Assembly (NCBI GenBank): GCA_020184695.1
Contig: JAANOX010000225.1
Location: 62,001 to 126,000 of the forward strand
Length of the DNA: 64,000 nt
Reading direction: 5' to 3'
DNA from: Histomonas meleagridis 2922-C6/04-290x
Taxonomy: Eukaryota > Protista > Parabasalia
The notes below the pieces were generated by a model. It was not told the DNA's origin. It saw only the letters and a program-made list of their open reading frames with translations, and did not search any database. The position numbers and the translations under genes are program-made. This document shows, piece after piece, positions 23,657-34,064 of this stretch (position 1 is the first letter of the stretch; each line of letters opens with the position of its first letter).

Positions 23657-26600
23657 TTATTTAGTTCTCTTTCTTGTGATTGTCGTTGACGGATACGACG
23701 ACGATAGCAAACCGTACGGGAACACTTTTTCCATTTGTCCGTATTCTATTGCTGTTACGTATTGTGGGAACTTGTCCACCAATATCAGGTAGGGGTTACC
23801 CGTTTGGCTGTTATACTTTGTTGAAGTCTTCTTGTCTACCACGTCATGCAAGCACATGAAGAACTCGTTAATTCCGTCTTTCACTTTTGTTTCGTTGACA
23901 TTTTCGAACAACGAAGGTGTCAAGTCCATCATCAATTCGAATGCGTACGGCATCAAATGCAAGTTCTTGGATAGCGCATCTTCATTTGGATAAAACTCCA
24001 AGTTATCCCATTTCGGGTTCCCGAACAACGATGCCAAAAATATGAAATATGTATTAATGTCATTATTCATTTTCTTGAAATCCTTTAAATATTCCTTAAA
24101 GAAGTAATTTGATTTTGTATAACTTGTAATTTCATTTAATACGTAATGAGAATAACTATTAAACTCTGAAGTACTTCTATAGAACGAAGGGAAACCGGGC
24201 ATTACTTCTTCGATCACTATAGTTGAAGCACGTCTAATCATTGATCTTAAAGTTAAAGCTATAGCTATTTGTAACAAGTAAGTTGAAGCTTGAATTACTT
24301 CATTATTATTTATTATATCAATAGATATTTTTGAGGATGAAATTGATTTATAAGTTTTCATTATATTTGTTATGTTATGATTAACAATTTTAATGATGGA
24401 ACTATCTAAATAAATTGCACTATGTACACCAAAAGTACGAATGATATTAACGAAGTATTGCGTTGAATATTGTGTCTTTGTACTTCGGAAATGTTGAATG
24501 AATGGTATATATATCGAATTATTACTATCATTCTCTATGAATTGTTTAAGTTCGGATGCAATTTTATGGACAAATCGTTTCTCATCTAATAAATTAGATG
24601 GACATTCTTTAATACCTTCTTTACCAATAATAGCTAACGCTTGATTTTGGAATTCAGGATCAGAGAAAATTGATTCACTTTGAATACCATTAAATAATGA
24701 TCGATTATAATCTAATCCAGTCATACCGAATAAAGGCCAAACAAATTCACTTGCGTCAATAATTACTTGATTATTATTATGGACATTAAATAATAATATT
24801 GTAATAACATCAGTAACAAATCGACTTACAAAATAATTCGAGACTTCCATTTCTTCTCCAAATAATAATATACTTTGTGGTAAATCATTAATGAATGAAT
24901 TTGTTAAGATAATCGGTTCAATAATTTCACTTTCATTTAAACAATATTTAGGATCTAATAATTTTGTAGCATATTGTTGTTCATCTGGTAATGTTTGACC
25001 GATTTCTCCAGTGATTGTAAATTGTATTGTTCGTGAATTACTTGATAATGATCCTGATAAAAATGATCGAACTAATGACGCAAATTTACCACGTAAATTT
25101 GTAAATATATCTTTTAATGATTTAAGTTCATTTTCATGTGATAAGATATTAATACTATCATAATTAAAGAATGAAAATATATGAAAAATCGCAGTTGCGC
25201 AATTTAATGGAAAACTTTGATGTGATACAAATTGCATTAATTGTTTGGAATGTATCCAAAATAAATGGAATGAACATGAATCCAAGAAAAATTGTATCGG
25301 ATCTTGCGCTGCTTCACAATGTAATCGAATCGTTGATAAATGTTCAAATAATGGATTCATAAAGGATAAGTTTTGTTGTGTCGATATTTGATTATATTTA
25401 TATAATAGGCGGCCATATGTTATTAATAATGGTAGGAAATCATATCGTGTGCCACTATCGAACTCTTGTAAATCTAATGATTCGATTGCTTGTTTAATTG
25501 TCTTCGCTCCTTCAAGTAATTCGGTACCTGATTGTCCTAAACCTGATTGTCCAAATGTTTGAAGTAATTGTTGTAAATATTGGGAATCAGCTGTAGATAA
25601 GTTATAGACGAAAAAGCGCTGAATTAAATCTTTCTCATGGACAAAGAATTCGCCTATTTTATCAATAATTCGATGAAGTTTGGCAATACCTATAATATGA
25701 TTTGAGTCCCAATTTTGTTGTTCACGTGACTTGAAAAATTGATCAATTTCATAATACGAAAAAGCTGTAATTGCTCGGATTTGATGAATACATCGTAAAA
25801 ATTGATTGGGATCAATGCCAGAAAAGTTTTCGACATCTTCGGCTAAAGTAGTCAAAAGTTTAATGCGATGTAAATGAGCGGTTTTATATTTGGTTGATGT
25901 GGATTTATCTAATGTGCTTAAAAGCGATGATATAAACGTAGAATCCTTTTGTAGCTTTAATAAGTGTTTGGTTGGTAATGAAAATGTTCTTGATAAAAAG
26001 ACATATGAACATTCAGAAAAAATACCATTGGATAAATACGCAAATTGTTGGTTCTGTTCTGCTAGTGATGGATATGATAATAAGAAAAAGAACATCATTT
26101 CTTGTAATGGCGAAATATTTGCAAGATAAATTAATTCATCAATTGGCATTGATGATCCAATGGTATCTTCTGGCGCATATTCGTAAATGGAGAGAAGTGG
26201 CCAATTAAATATGGTCCATTCCGCAAATAATGATGAAAAGAATGGAAGAATTTGATATATTAAAACTGAGACTTTGTCTTTAAGCTTTGATACTTCTTGG
26301 GCAATATAATGAAGTGGATTATCAACGCATGAGTTAATGAAGAAAAAGAAATCTTCAGATCTGGATAATAACTTTGTGGACTTATTTAAGTTTGATGATA
26401 AAAATATATTGACAAGAAATTGGCAATTGGGGATTTCATGGATATATAAGCAAATTTTAGCAAAAGTAGTAAATAACTTACATACAGACATTGTCACATT
26501 AAGATTCCATCGAAAGTCAAACTCTTGTGAAGATTGATTTATCATTTGAAGTTGGAACTTTACAAGCCTTGTCCAATGACAAGTGTAATCTAAAGCTTTA

Positions 26601-26860
26601 ATTGATTGAAGTAATAAATTAGATGCTTTTTCACGAGCATCAGTAAAGCTTCCTTGAAGAGATGGCGGTGACTGATTTTTCCGCACTGCATTTACATAGT
26701 CAGAAGAATATTTTTGGAGATTTTTCAAATCATTTGATTTGAACGATGACATTATTTTTGCATCGTTACGAAAGTCATTTGATATTTGATCCAAAGCATT
26801 GAGTATAATGTCTGAGTGCTTTAAAAGAATCTCTGTATCTTCAAAACGTCCCTTTGACAT
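23657..26860 (-). CDS. NCKAP1: Nck-associated protein 1 / HEM (WAVE complex subunit)-like
   Basis: 1067-aa helical protein. FDFRWNLNVTMSVCKLFTTFAKICLYI matches the Nap1 FDITLNF..T..YLDL region, and the size matches. Confidence 0.65.
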   Translation of the reverse strand: MSKGRFEDTEILLKHSDIILNALDQISNDFRNDAKIMSSFKSNDLKNLQKYSSDYVNAVRKNQSPPSLQGSFTDAREKASNLLLQSIKALDYTCHWTRLVKFQLQMINQSSQEFDFRWNLNVTMSVCKLFTTFAKICLYIHEIPNCQFLVNIFLSSNLNKSTKLLSRSEDFFFFINSCVDNPLHYIAQEVSKLKDKVSVLIYQILPFFSSLFAEWTIFNWPLLSIYEYAPEDTIGSSMPIDELIYLANISPLQEMMFFFLLSYPSLAEQNQQFAYLSNGIFSECSYVFLSRTFSLPTKHLLKLQKDSTFISSLLSTLDKSTSTKYKTAHLHRIKLLTTLAEDVENFSGIDPNQFLRCIHQIRAITAFSYYEIDQFFKSREQQNWDSNHIIGIAKLHRIIDKIGEFFVHEKDLIQRFFVYNLSTADSQYLQQLLQTFGQSGLGQSGTELLEGAKTIKQAIESLDLQEFDSGTRYDFLPLLITYGRLLYKYNQISTQQNLSFMNPLFEHLSTIRLHCEAAQDPIQFFLDSCSFHLFWIHSKQLMQFVSHQSFPLNCATAIFHIFSFFNYDSINILSHENELKSLKDIFTNLRGKFASLVRSFLSGSLSSNSRTIQFTITGEIGQTLPDEQQYATKLLDPKYCLNESEIIEPIILTNSFINDLPQSILLFGEEMEVSNYFVSRFVTDVITILLFNVHNNNQVIIDASEFVWPLFGMTGLDYNRSLFNGIQSESIFSDPEFQNQALAIIGKEGIKECPSNLLDEKRFVHKIASELKQFIENDSNNSIYIPFIQHFRSTKTQYSTQYFVNIIRTFGVHSAIYLDSSIIKIVNHNITNIMKTYKSISSSKISIDIINNNEVIQASTYLLQIAIALTLRSMIRRASTIVIEEVMPGFPSFYRSTSEFNSYSHYVLNEITSYTKSNYFFKEYLKDFKKMNNDINTYFIFLASLFGNPKWDNLEFYPNEDALSKNLHLMPYAFELMMDLTPSLFENVNETKVKDGINEFFMCLHDVVDKKTSTKYNSQTGNPYLILVDKFPQYVTAIEYGQMEKVFPYGLLSSSYPSTTITRKRTK

Positions 26861-27198
26861 TTGTAACTGTGATTGTTAGGTTTATAGAAAATTTGGCTTT
26901 TTCTGAGCCAACGATCAAAATTCAATCACGCGACAGTTCGATGTTCTTAAACGTTGTCCCTATCAAATTCCAAAAAGTGGCACATTACATCACATTACAT
27001 TTAATGCCAATAGCATTTAAAAAATCATTAATAAAGAAAACAGATTGCAATTAATTGATAATTATGGCATTAATGCTATAATACATTTAAATATAAAAGA
27101 CGAAATGATATTTTTTTTATCGGATTTTATACAATATTAAACTCTACAAAATAAAAAATAATAACAAATTTTATTTTAAATATATTTTATTTTTTTAA

Positions 27199-28368
27199 AT
27201 GAAGGTCTTTGGTTTATATTTTCTTGTAATATTATTTAATATTAATTATTTTGGAAAAATTCAAAAACTTGGAAATTTTTTTTCAAGATTTTCAAGAAGG
27301 AATCAGAGAACACCTCAATCAACAAGATCAGAATTATCACCATTTGATCAAGAAGAAAGTACTTTCATGAGTGAGTCAACAAATCGTTTAGAACTTGATT
27401 CTCAAAATCAAGATACTATTCCTGATTTAGAATCAGATACTACAAACTCTGAACCATCTAATTTTTATTATCGTAGTGTAACACTTGGAAACGAAGAAAT
27501 TCAAAAAGGAATATTTATTTCCAATTCTTGTGAAATAGTCATTCTATCTAAAGAAGTTAATAGTCTTAATGAAAGAGCATTTTATGGATGGAGTTTTGTC
27601 AAATTTGATATGTCTGAATCGAATGTTGATGTAATTGAGAAGGAAACTTTTGCTACATGTTGTAATCTAAAAGAATTTGTCTGTGGACGGCATTTACATA
27701 TAATATGTACAAATGCTTTTGAATCATGTATAAGTTTGGAAAAAATTACGGATGTTTTAGATGTTGATATTATTCAACAATTTGCATTTAGCAAATGCCA
27801 AAAGTTAAAAACAATTGAGTTTTCAGTTAATTTGGAAAGTATTTCTCCTTTTGCATTTCATGGCTGTGTTTCTTTAGAGAAGATAATAATACCTAAAAAT
27901 AATCTATATTATGCTAACTTTCAAAATGATGGAGTTGTATATATGAAAGGTTTCAAAGATATTTACATATTTCCTCCAGGAAAATCCTCTTTTTCAATGC
28001 CTGTAAGTGTGAATTATGTTTCTAGTTATGCTTTTTATAAACAAGAAGCACTTAGAGAATTTCCTTCAGGAAATATTAAATTAATTAAAGACAATGCATT
28101 TTTCGGTGCTGTTGGTTTACGTAAATTAATTCTGATGGAAGTTAATCATATAGGTTTTGGAGCATTTAAATGTTGTTTAAACTTGGAATATATTTTCTTT
28201 GGAAGTTCAAATATTCATATATCTCCAGGAGCTTTTAGAGGAATTGAAAATTTAAAAATAAGGATTTATTATAAGAAAATAATGGATAAATATGCAAAAG
28301 AATTTGAAGCTTCAACACGTTTTAAATATTTCCCAAGTAAGAAGAATCAAAATTCTTTATCATTCTAA
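27199..28368 (+). CDS. BspA-like leucine-rich repeat (LRR_5) protein
   Basis: Repeats of I..xAFxxCxxLxxI (ETFATCCNLKEF, NAFESCISLEKI, FAFSKCQKLKTI) and a hydrophobic N-terminus. Confidence 0.9.
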   Translation: MKVFGLYFLVILFNINYFGKIQKLGNFFSRFSRRNQRTPQSTRSELSPFDQEESTFMSESTNRLELDSQNQDTIPDLESDTTNSEPSNFYYRSVTLGNEEIQKGIFISNSCEIVILSKEVNSLNERAFYGWSFVKFDMSESNVDVIEKETFATCCNLKEFVCGRHLHIICTNAFESCISLEKITDVLDVDIIQQFAFSKCQKLKTIEFSVNLESISPFAFHGCVSLEKIIIPKNNLYYANFQNDGVVYMKGFKDIYIFPPGKSSFSMPVSVNYVSSYAFYKQEALREFPSGNIKLIKDNAFFGAVGLRKLILMEVNHIGFGAFKCCLNLEYIFFGSSNIHISPGAFRGIENLKIRIYYKKIMDKYAKEFEASTRFKYFPSKKNQNSLSF

Positions 28369-28537
28369 TGATTGCTGAAACATATTAAATCAAAAAGTGA
28401 AAGTAAATACAGCAATTAATTTTTTATATTTAATATTATATTGAGAATTTTTATTTAATATTAAAAATAATAAAGAATATAATTTTTATAAAAATTTATT
28501 GTTTTATCATATGATGAATTATATATAGATATTTTTT

Positions 28538-29254
28538 TTAATATGTTAAATTATTGCTTGAATTCTCATCCATAAATACATTAACAAGCTTTTTATCAAT
28601 ATAGATATAAAATAACGAGAGCAAAAAGAAAGCTAAAAACAAGCTTAAAACAATTAAAATCCCATATCCGATTCCTAGCACATCAAAATCAATAAACGGA
28701 TAAGGATATCTTGAATTTAAATAAAGCACTCCGCCTATTTCTGCTCTAATAACAACAAAGATAAAATATAAAAAAGGATATATTAAAAATAACAAACTAT
28801 GTTTATAATTAATTTTTCCATGCTCAGTAAAAAATATCCAATCTAAAATTGCTAATATAGGTACAATAAGATGCATAACATAATTAGATATCAAAAAGAT
28901 AACTTTTGGTGTATCTTCTTTCGTCTCAAATTTTTGCCATGATAACAAAGCCCAATAGACAATCAATGTAAATGTTATATATAAAGTTAATGCGATTTCA
29001 AAACACATATTAAGATGAAAAATCCTTCCTTTTCTTCCATTTATTATAAGTTGAGTAATGCCACCAAATATTAGAATTATAGCCATAATTCCAATAAATA
29101 AATTAGATTGAATTGTAAAGAAAACAAATCTTTTAAGTGGATTTTTCCTATAAAATATAACAATTAAACTATATAAACAGAAGCTAAATATTAAAATCCT
29201 AAGTGTTAGTGCTGCAGGTCTATTTTTATTTAAATTAACAATAAATGTCCGCAT
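28538..29254 (-). CDS. Pr6Pr-family multi-pass membrane protein
   Basis: FFTIQSN, HLIVPILAILDWIFF and YPYPFID motifs, with about 6 transmembrane helices. Confidence 0.75.
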   Translation of the reverse strand: MRTFIVNLNKNRPAALTLRILIFSFCLYSLIVIFYRKNPLKRFVFFTIQSNLFIGIMAIILIFGGITQLIINGRKGRIFHLNMCFEIALTLYITFTLIVYWALLSWQKFETKEDTPKVIFLISNYVMHLIVPILAILDWIFFTEHGKINYKHSLLFLIYPFLYFIFVVIRAEIGGVLYLNSRYPYPFIDFDVLGIGYGILIVLSLFLAFFLLSLFYIYIDKKLVNVFMDENSSNNLTY

Positions 29255-29431
29255 GAATTTTTATTGAACACTATGTAAAAATTTTATTTTAACAATTTTA
29301 TTAAAATAACACAGTTCTGAAAATAAGGTGGTTTATTTTTAATAAAATCGACTTTTTATGTCTTAACTTTAAATAAAATGAAGTATTTATTTTACACATA
29401 AAATTTGGAAAAAAATTCTTAAATTATCTTT

Positions 29432-32356
29432 TTATAAATATGAAGATATTATCTGTAACTTTTGAGGACTTTTTTCGAACATAGCGATTAATTGCATTTT
29501 AATTGCCTCATTACTAGTAACATAAGTTCTAAACAATTGTTTTATAGCTTGGTCATTATTTTCATCGATTTTTCTTGTGATTTTCTTTGATAAAGGTTCA
29601 CATAATAAATTTGCGATTGCTAATACAAAAGCAAATGATAATTCCAATGGTTGTTGATTAGAAAATATCATAATCAACAACTTCGCCATATTATTTGATT
29701 CTTTTTCATCTGCAGGTGGGAAACATTTAATTGCTTCCAAAATTTTTTCATTATCAATTTGGACGCCACAAATTAAAAACCTTAAAAACACAACAGCTAT
29801 ATTCGAAAGACATTTCTTATAACCCGCAGATTTATTTTTACCTTCATCCCACCATTGGCCCAAAAAAGGAACAAAACCAATTAATAATTGGAATTGATCT
29901 GGATATTTATCCAAAAATGTATTTAAGAAATAACAAACATTTTGTCTTAAGTCGACATTTTTCATTGCAGCAATATTTGCTAATAAAAATTGTATTATTG
30001 CTGCTAAGAATTCATTTGGTAAATTGACTTTCTTAAATGCAAATGTAATTGATCCAATTATACAAGAAATTACATCAAAACGTGATCTTTGTAACCATTG
30101 TAATAAGAAGTTACATATATCATTAATGTTTGGTGGCATTATTCTTAAATATATTGAAACGAAATTAAGTATATAATGTGCTAAATCTGATGGACAATTA
30201 TAAAGTTGTTCAACATTATAATTAAATAAAGCAATTTGTCCATTTAATAATTCTTTAATTAATGATTCACTAATTGGTAAAAATACATTTGGCGCTATTA
30301 AAAAGAAATTTTTAAATATTTGTGTCGAAGCTTCAAGTGCATCTTCAATTAAATCAAGTTCTGTTTGTTCTTGTATAATAATAATTAAACCAGAAAGTAA
30401 TGTATGAACTTTTGATACATTTTCTTGTTGATCTCCTGTTAAACTTAATGTTTTAGATATCATTAAAATTGCATCACAACCTGCAGTCATAACTTGTTCA
30501 TCATTAGATTCAAGCATTTTAGCACAACCTGTACATGTTATATTTATTAATGTCGGATCATTACAGAATTTAATAATAGAAGCTGCCGTATTAATTGAAT
30601 AATAAAATATTTGATTTTCATCTTGTTCATTTATATATTTAGCAATGATTGGTATATATGGCCGTATATATTGTAATACTTCTTGTCGAAATGTACGTAC
30701 TAAATTAGTAATAAAATTAAGTGAATGATATACAACTATAAAGTTTCCATTTTGAAATGATTCATCAAGAATTGGACGTACTTTTTGTAATAATATTTCC
30801 GTAAGTGATTCCTTCTTAGCAAGTAATGATGTAACAATTCGAAGTACAGCTGATTTTTGATATATCTCTGTCGATGATATTAAAGAATCTAAAAATGGTA
30901 ATAACGATTCAAGAATTTCATCAGTAATATCATTAGATAATAATAAAGAATGTGATATTACTACAATATAATCTTCTAAATCATTCGGTCGAACTAATCC
31001 TTCAAGTTGATATCTCCATATAATTGAAAATAATCCTTCGATTTCAGTATCACATATTTCACATAATGTAATAAATGCTGAATAAGCTGAAAATCGGACT
31101 TCATTCGATGGAGAAATTAATAAACCAATTATTGCTTTCATTAAATCAACAGATATTTCAGAGATTCCTTCAAACGTTTCATCAAATGTTGATATTGCTT
31201 TAAGTCCTGCAACTTGTAATAATTCACATTGACTTGAAACAGCTGCTAAAAATGTATTACGTATTAAGTCTAATTCACTTGACATTGGCCCTTCTGCATA
31301 TTGGAGTAATACTTGTACTAATAAAACACCTAAAATTAATTGTGGAAGATCACCAGATGAAAGCATTCCAATAATATTTTGTTTAAGTATTTGTGTTGTT
31401 TGATTTTGATCACGTGTTATAACTTTTTCAATAATTGTCATATAATCATATGAAAGTAATTCTTGTGTTCGAATATATTGTAATGCAAGATTAATAGAAA
31501 ATGTTAACATAGATAGCATAGCTTCAGGAGTGACTTTAGATACAACATTTGAAAATGAATCTAATATTATATGCCTTTTTTCATAATAGATTTGTTCATT
31601 AGAAATAAGTTTAAATGATAAACTATAAAATTGCATAATTAGGTCACCCCCAATTTCTTTGAATGAAATGGTTTTGTGAACTAGCCGCCAAAAAGTATTG
31701 AAATCATCATCGTTTTGGAGGTTAACACTTCCTTCGATGTTGTTCATGAGAAAAGTAATTAAGGGTTCAAGAAGAGAGATGTCACGCGTTTCTTGAACAA
31801 TGTTAATAAAGACATGGGCAGAATTAAAGCTTGTATGCAAATCATTTGTAGCAAGACCAGCTAAAGCCATATTACGAAAAGCAGGAAAACTTTCAATAAT
31901 TAATTGTGAAGGCATCATTGGAAATACTTTGGCAAGAAGAAGCATGGTAAATACAATATTTTGATTCTGGTATGAAATACAAATTAATTGAATTAACTCA
32001 TTCCAAAAACCAAGATGCTTAAAGATTAAAGCTGCAAGATCACCAATAGCTTCAATTTCTATTGGTGTTAAATTCATTTGTAAAATTTGGATAATATCTG
32101 ATTCAACTCTCTTTTGGATTTCTTCTGGATAATTTCTCCAAATATTTTGTGATTTAATTACTGGTATGATGTTAGCAATTGCAGCCATACGAATTCTTTG
32201 TGAAGCATTTGTTTTAATAATTTCTAAAAATAGTAAAATTCCATTTAGTTGGTTTCTAACTGAAATTATAAATTCGGTAGCTCTGTCAACTATATTTTGA
32301 TCAGGAACCATTGATTGTTCTAAAATATAAGCTAGTTGATTAATTTCGTTGTTCAT
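29432..32356 (-). CDS. Importin-beta/karyopherin HEAT-repeat protein (importin-4-like)
   Basis: N-terminus LAYILEQSMVPDQNIVDRATEFI...RIRMAAIANI resembles the IBN_N domain. About 975 aa, all helical. The ATG is placed at 32356. Confidence 0.75.
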   Translation of the reverse strand: MNNEINQLAYILEQSMVPDQNIVDRATEFIISVRNQLNGILLFLEIIKTNASQRIRMAAIANIIPVIKSQNIWRNYPEEIQKRVESDIIQILQMNLTPIEIEAIGDLAALIFKHLGFWNELIQLICISYQNQNIVFTMLLLAKVFPMMPSQLIIESFPAFRNMALAGLATNDLHTSFNSAHVFINIVQETRDISLLEPLITFLMNNIEGSVNLQNDDDFNTFWRLVHKTISFKEIGGDLIMQFYSLSFKLISNEQIYYEKRHIILDSFSNVVSKVTPEAMLSMLTFSINLALQYIRTQELLSYDYMTIIEKVITRDQNQTTQILKQNIIGMLSSGDLPQLILGVLLVQVLLQYAEGPMSSELDLIRNTFLAAVSSQCELLQVAGLKAISTFDETFEGISEISVDLMKAIIGLLISPSNEVRFSAYSAFITLCEICDTEIEGLFSIIWRYQLEGLVRPNDLEDYIVVISHSLLLSNDITDEILESLLPFLDSLISSTEIYQKSAVLRIVTSLLAKKESLTEILLQKVRPILDESFQNGNFIVVYHSLNFITNLVRTFRQEVLQYIRPYIPIIAKYINEQDENQIFYYSINTAASIIKFCNDPTLINITCTGCAKMLESNDEQVMTAGCDAILMISKTLSLTGDQQENVSKVHTLLSGLIIIIQEQTELDLIEDALEASTQIFKNFFLIAPNVFLPISESLIKELLNGQIALFNYNVEQLYNCPSDLAHYILNFVSIYLRIMPPNINDICNFLLQWLQRSRFDVISCIIGSITFAFKKVNLPNEFLAAIIQFLLANIAAMKNVDLRQNVCYFLNTFLDKYPDQFQLLIGFVPFLGQWWDEGKNKSAGYKKCLSNIAVVFLRFLICGVQIDNEKILEAIKCFPPADEKESNNMAKLLIMIFSNQQPLELSFAFVLAIANLLCEPLSKKITRKIDENNDQAIKQLFRTYVTSNEAIKMQLIAMFEKSPQKLQIISSYL

Positions 32357-32430
32357 ACCAAAATTCTTTAACGGTCGTCCGAAGACCATTTGTAAAACGT
32401 TAATTTCATTAACGGTCAAACTCTAAACCA

Positions 32431-33225
32431 ATGGAAAAAGAAAAAAATGATTTTGTGACGTTATCTGCTGCAAAAAGCGGTGTTATTCAACTTCAAAAGA
32501 AATATACAAAAAGTACCAAAAGAAGAGAATGTCCACCAGTTTTTGTTATTTTTCATTTTATCAAAGCACCATCAAAATCCTCAGGACCTCATCGAATTCA
32601 ATTACCACATCCAGTGCGTCCGTTTCCATTCCAATCAGCAGTAGTTTTTGTAACAGGTGAAGCATCCAAATGGGAGAAATCATTTGAACCACTTGGACTT
32701 AATATTACAGCAATTTCACTTTCTATGTTAAAAAAGAAATACACTAATCGTAAATCCCGTGATCAGCTTCTTCATTCATGCGAAGTCTTCTTTTGTGAGA
32801 AGTCAGCATCTTCTGTATTACCAAATAATCTTGGAACACAATTTTTTTCACGCAATCGTCAGCCCATTGTTGTTACACTCAATCCAGATGACCCAACACA
32901 AATGAAGGAAGAGTTTCAAGCTGCTACAGAATCTGGCGAATTATACATTCGGCATCATGAATCATGTTCAGTTCGCGTTGGCGGATTTAATCTTACATTT
33001 GATAACCTTGCAGAGAACATTATTGATTGCTGTACACAAGCTTTGAACATAATTCCAAAGGCAAAACTAAGAATTGATTCGGTGTCATTAATGACAAGTG
33101 GAATAGAACTTCCGCCGATTTGGACGAAAAATGCTAAGAGAACTGTTTTGAAAAGGGAAGATATCATTCCTAAAATAGTGAAAGAGGAAATAGATACAGA
33201 AAATGAAGAAGAGGAAGAAGAATAA
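32431..33225 (+). CDS. RSL1D1: Ribosomal protein L1 domain-containing protein (RSL1D1/Cic1/Utp30)
   Basis: PHRIQLPHP, LKKKY...RDQLLHSCEVFFCE, LGTQFFSRNRQP and SVRVG...LAENI motifs. Confidence 0.85.
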   Translation: MEKEKNDFVTLSAAKSGVIQLQKKYTKSTKRRECPPVFVIFHFIKAPSKSSGPHRIQLPHPVRPFPFQSAVVFVTGEASKWEKSFEPLGLNITAISLSMLKKKYTNRKSRDQLLHSCEVFFCEKSASSVLPNNLGTQFFSRNRQPIVVTLNPDDPTQMKEEFQAATESGELYIRHHESCSVRVGGFNLTFDNLAENIIDCCTQALNIIPKAKLRIDSVSLMTSGIELPPIWTKNAKRTVLKREDIIPKIVKEEIDTENEEEEEE

Positions 33226-33490
33226 AAAATAAATTTTTGGTCTTAAAAAATTTGTTTCATTTTAATAACAAAACATAATGACAAAATAGAAATTGGCTCC
33301 AATCAATGAATAGGAATTAATTAATAAATACTTGATAAAATATGAAATTGATAACAATTCCAATTTGAAAAAATAAGAGTATTATTACTCAAGCTGTCAT
33401 GTTTTTTTTATACTGTGTTCAGTGGTTATTTGATATTTGAAAAGATAAAAAAAATTATGAATAAAATGTTTAAAAATGAAATAATTTTTT

Positions 33491-33844
33491 TTAAATTCCA
33501 AAGTTTGGTTTCTCATATGTATTGAATTCTTCCATGAAGGAGTTGACAATTTCTTTGCCTTCATTGTAAATCACCTTTAAATCAAACGGTGAATTTTGAT
33601 TTGATTTATTGATTCGCTCCAATCTCTCAGAAACAGTAAGATTTGGAATTGAACCTGATATGCTTGCATCAAGGTCTGATATATCTTCAATTTCTTCAAC
33701 AACAGAATCTTCATATGGATTATTTAAGATTTGAACAAGATTTTCAAATTCACTTTGGTCCATTTGATATAGGTCATTTCTTGTTTCTATAAAACCAGCA
33801 TTTTTAAATTGCTCAAAGTAGCTATCTCTGCTGTTATATGACAT
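33491..33844 (-). CDS. Hypothetical protein
   Basis: 117-aa acidic ORF. Confidence 0.5.
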   Translation of the reverse strand: MSYNSRDSYFEQFKNAGFIETRNDLYQMDQSEFENLVQILNNPYEDSVVEEIEDISDLDASISGSIPNLTVSERLERINKSNQNSPFDLKVIYNEGKEIVNSFMEEFNTYEKPNFGI

Positions 33845-33924
33845 TTTTTGAACTTTTCAAAAATATTCTTTTTGTTGTTGTTTAAATAAAACATTCATTG
33901 ATAAAAATTTCATTATATTCGTCT

Positions 33925-33998
33925 GCCATCGTAGCTCAATCGGCTAGAGCATAAGACTCTTAATCTTGGGGTTGCGGGTTCGAGTCCCGCCGGTGGCT
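33925..33998 (+). tRNA. tRNA-Lys(CTT), identical second copy
   Basis: Sequence is identical to 22574-22647 and is followed by a T-run. Confidence 0.97.
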
Positions 33999-34064
33999 TT
34001 TTTGATATTTTTTTGACATGTGGTATGATATCATTTCAAAAGCATATTTGGATTTTTTACAAAT

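Noticed and set aside
29199-29210. ACTAACACTTAG intron-like 3' motif on the minus strand
   Set aside because: It lies in the open frame ALTLRIL, which fits the Pr6Pr first helix, and there is no matching GTATGT donor.
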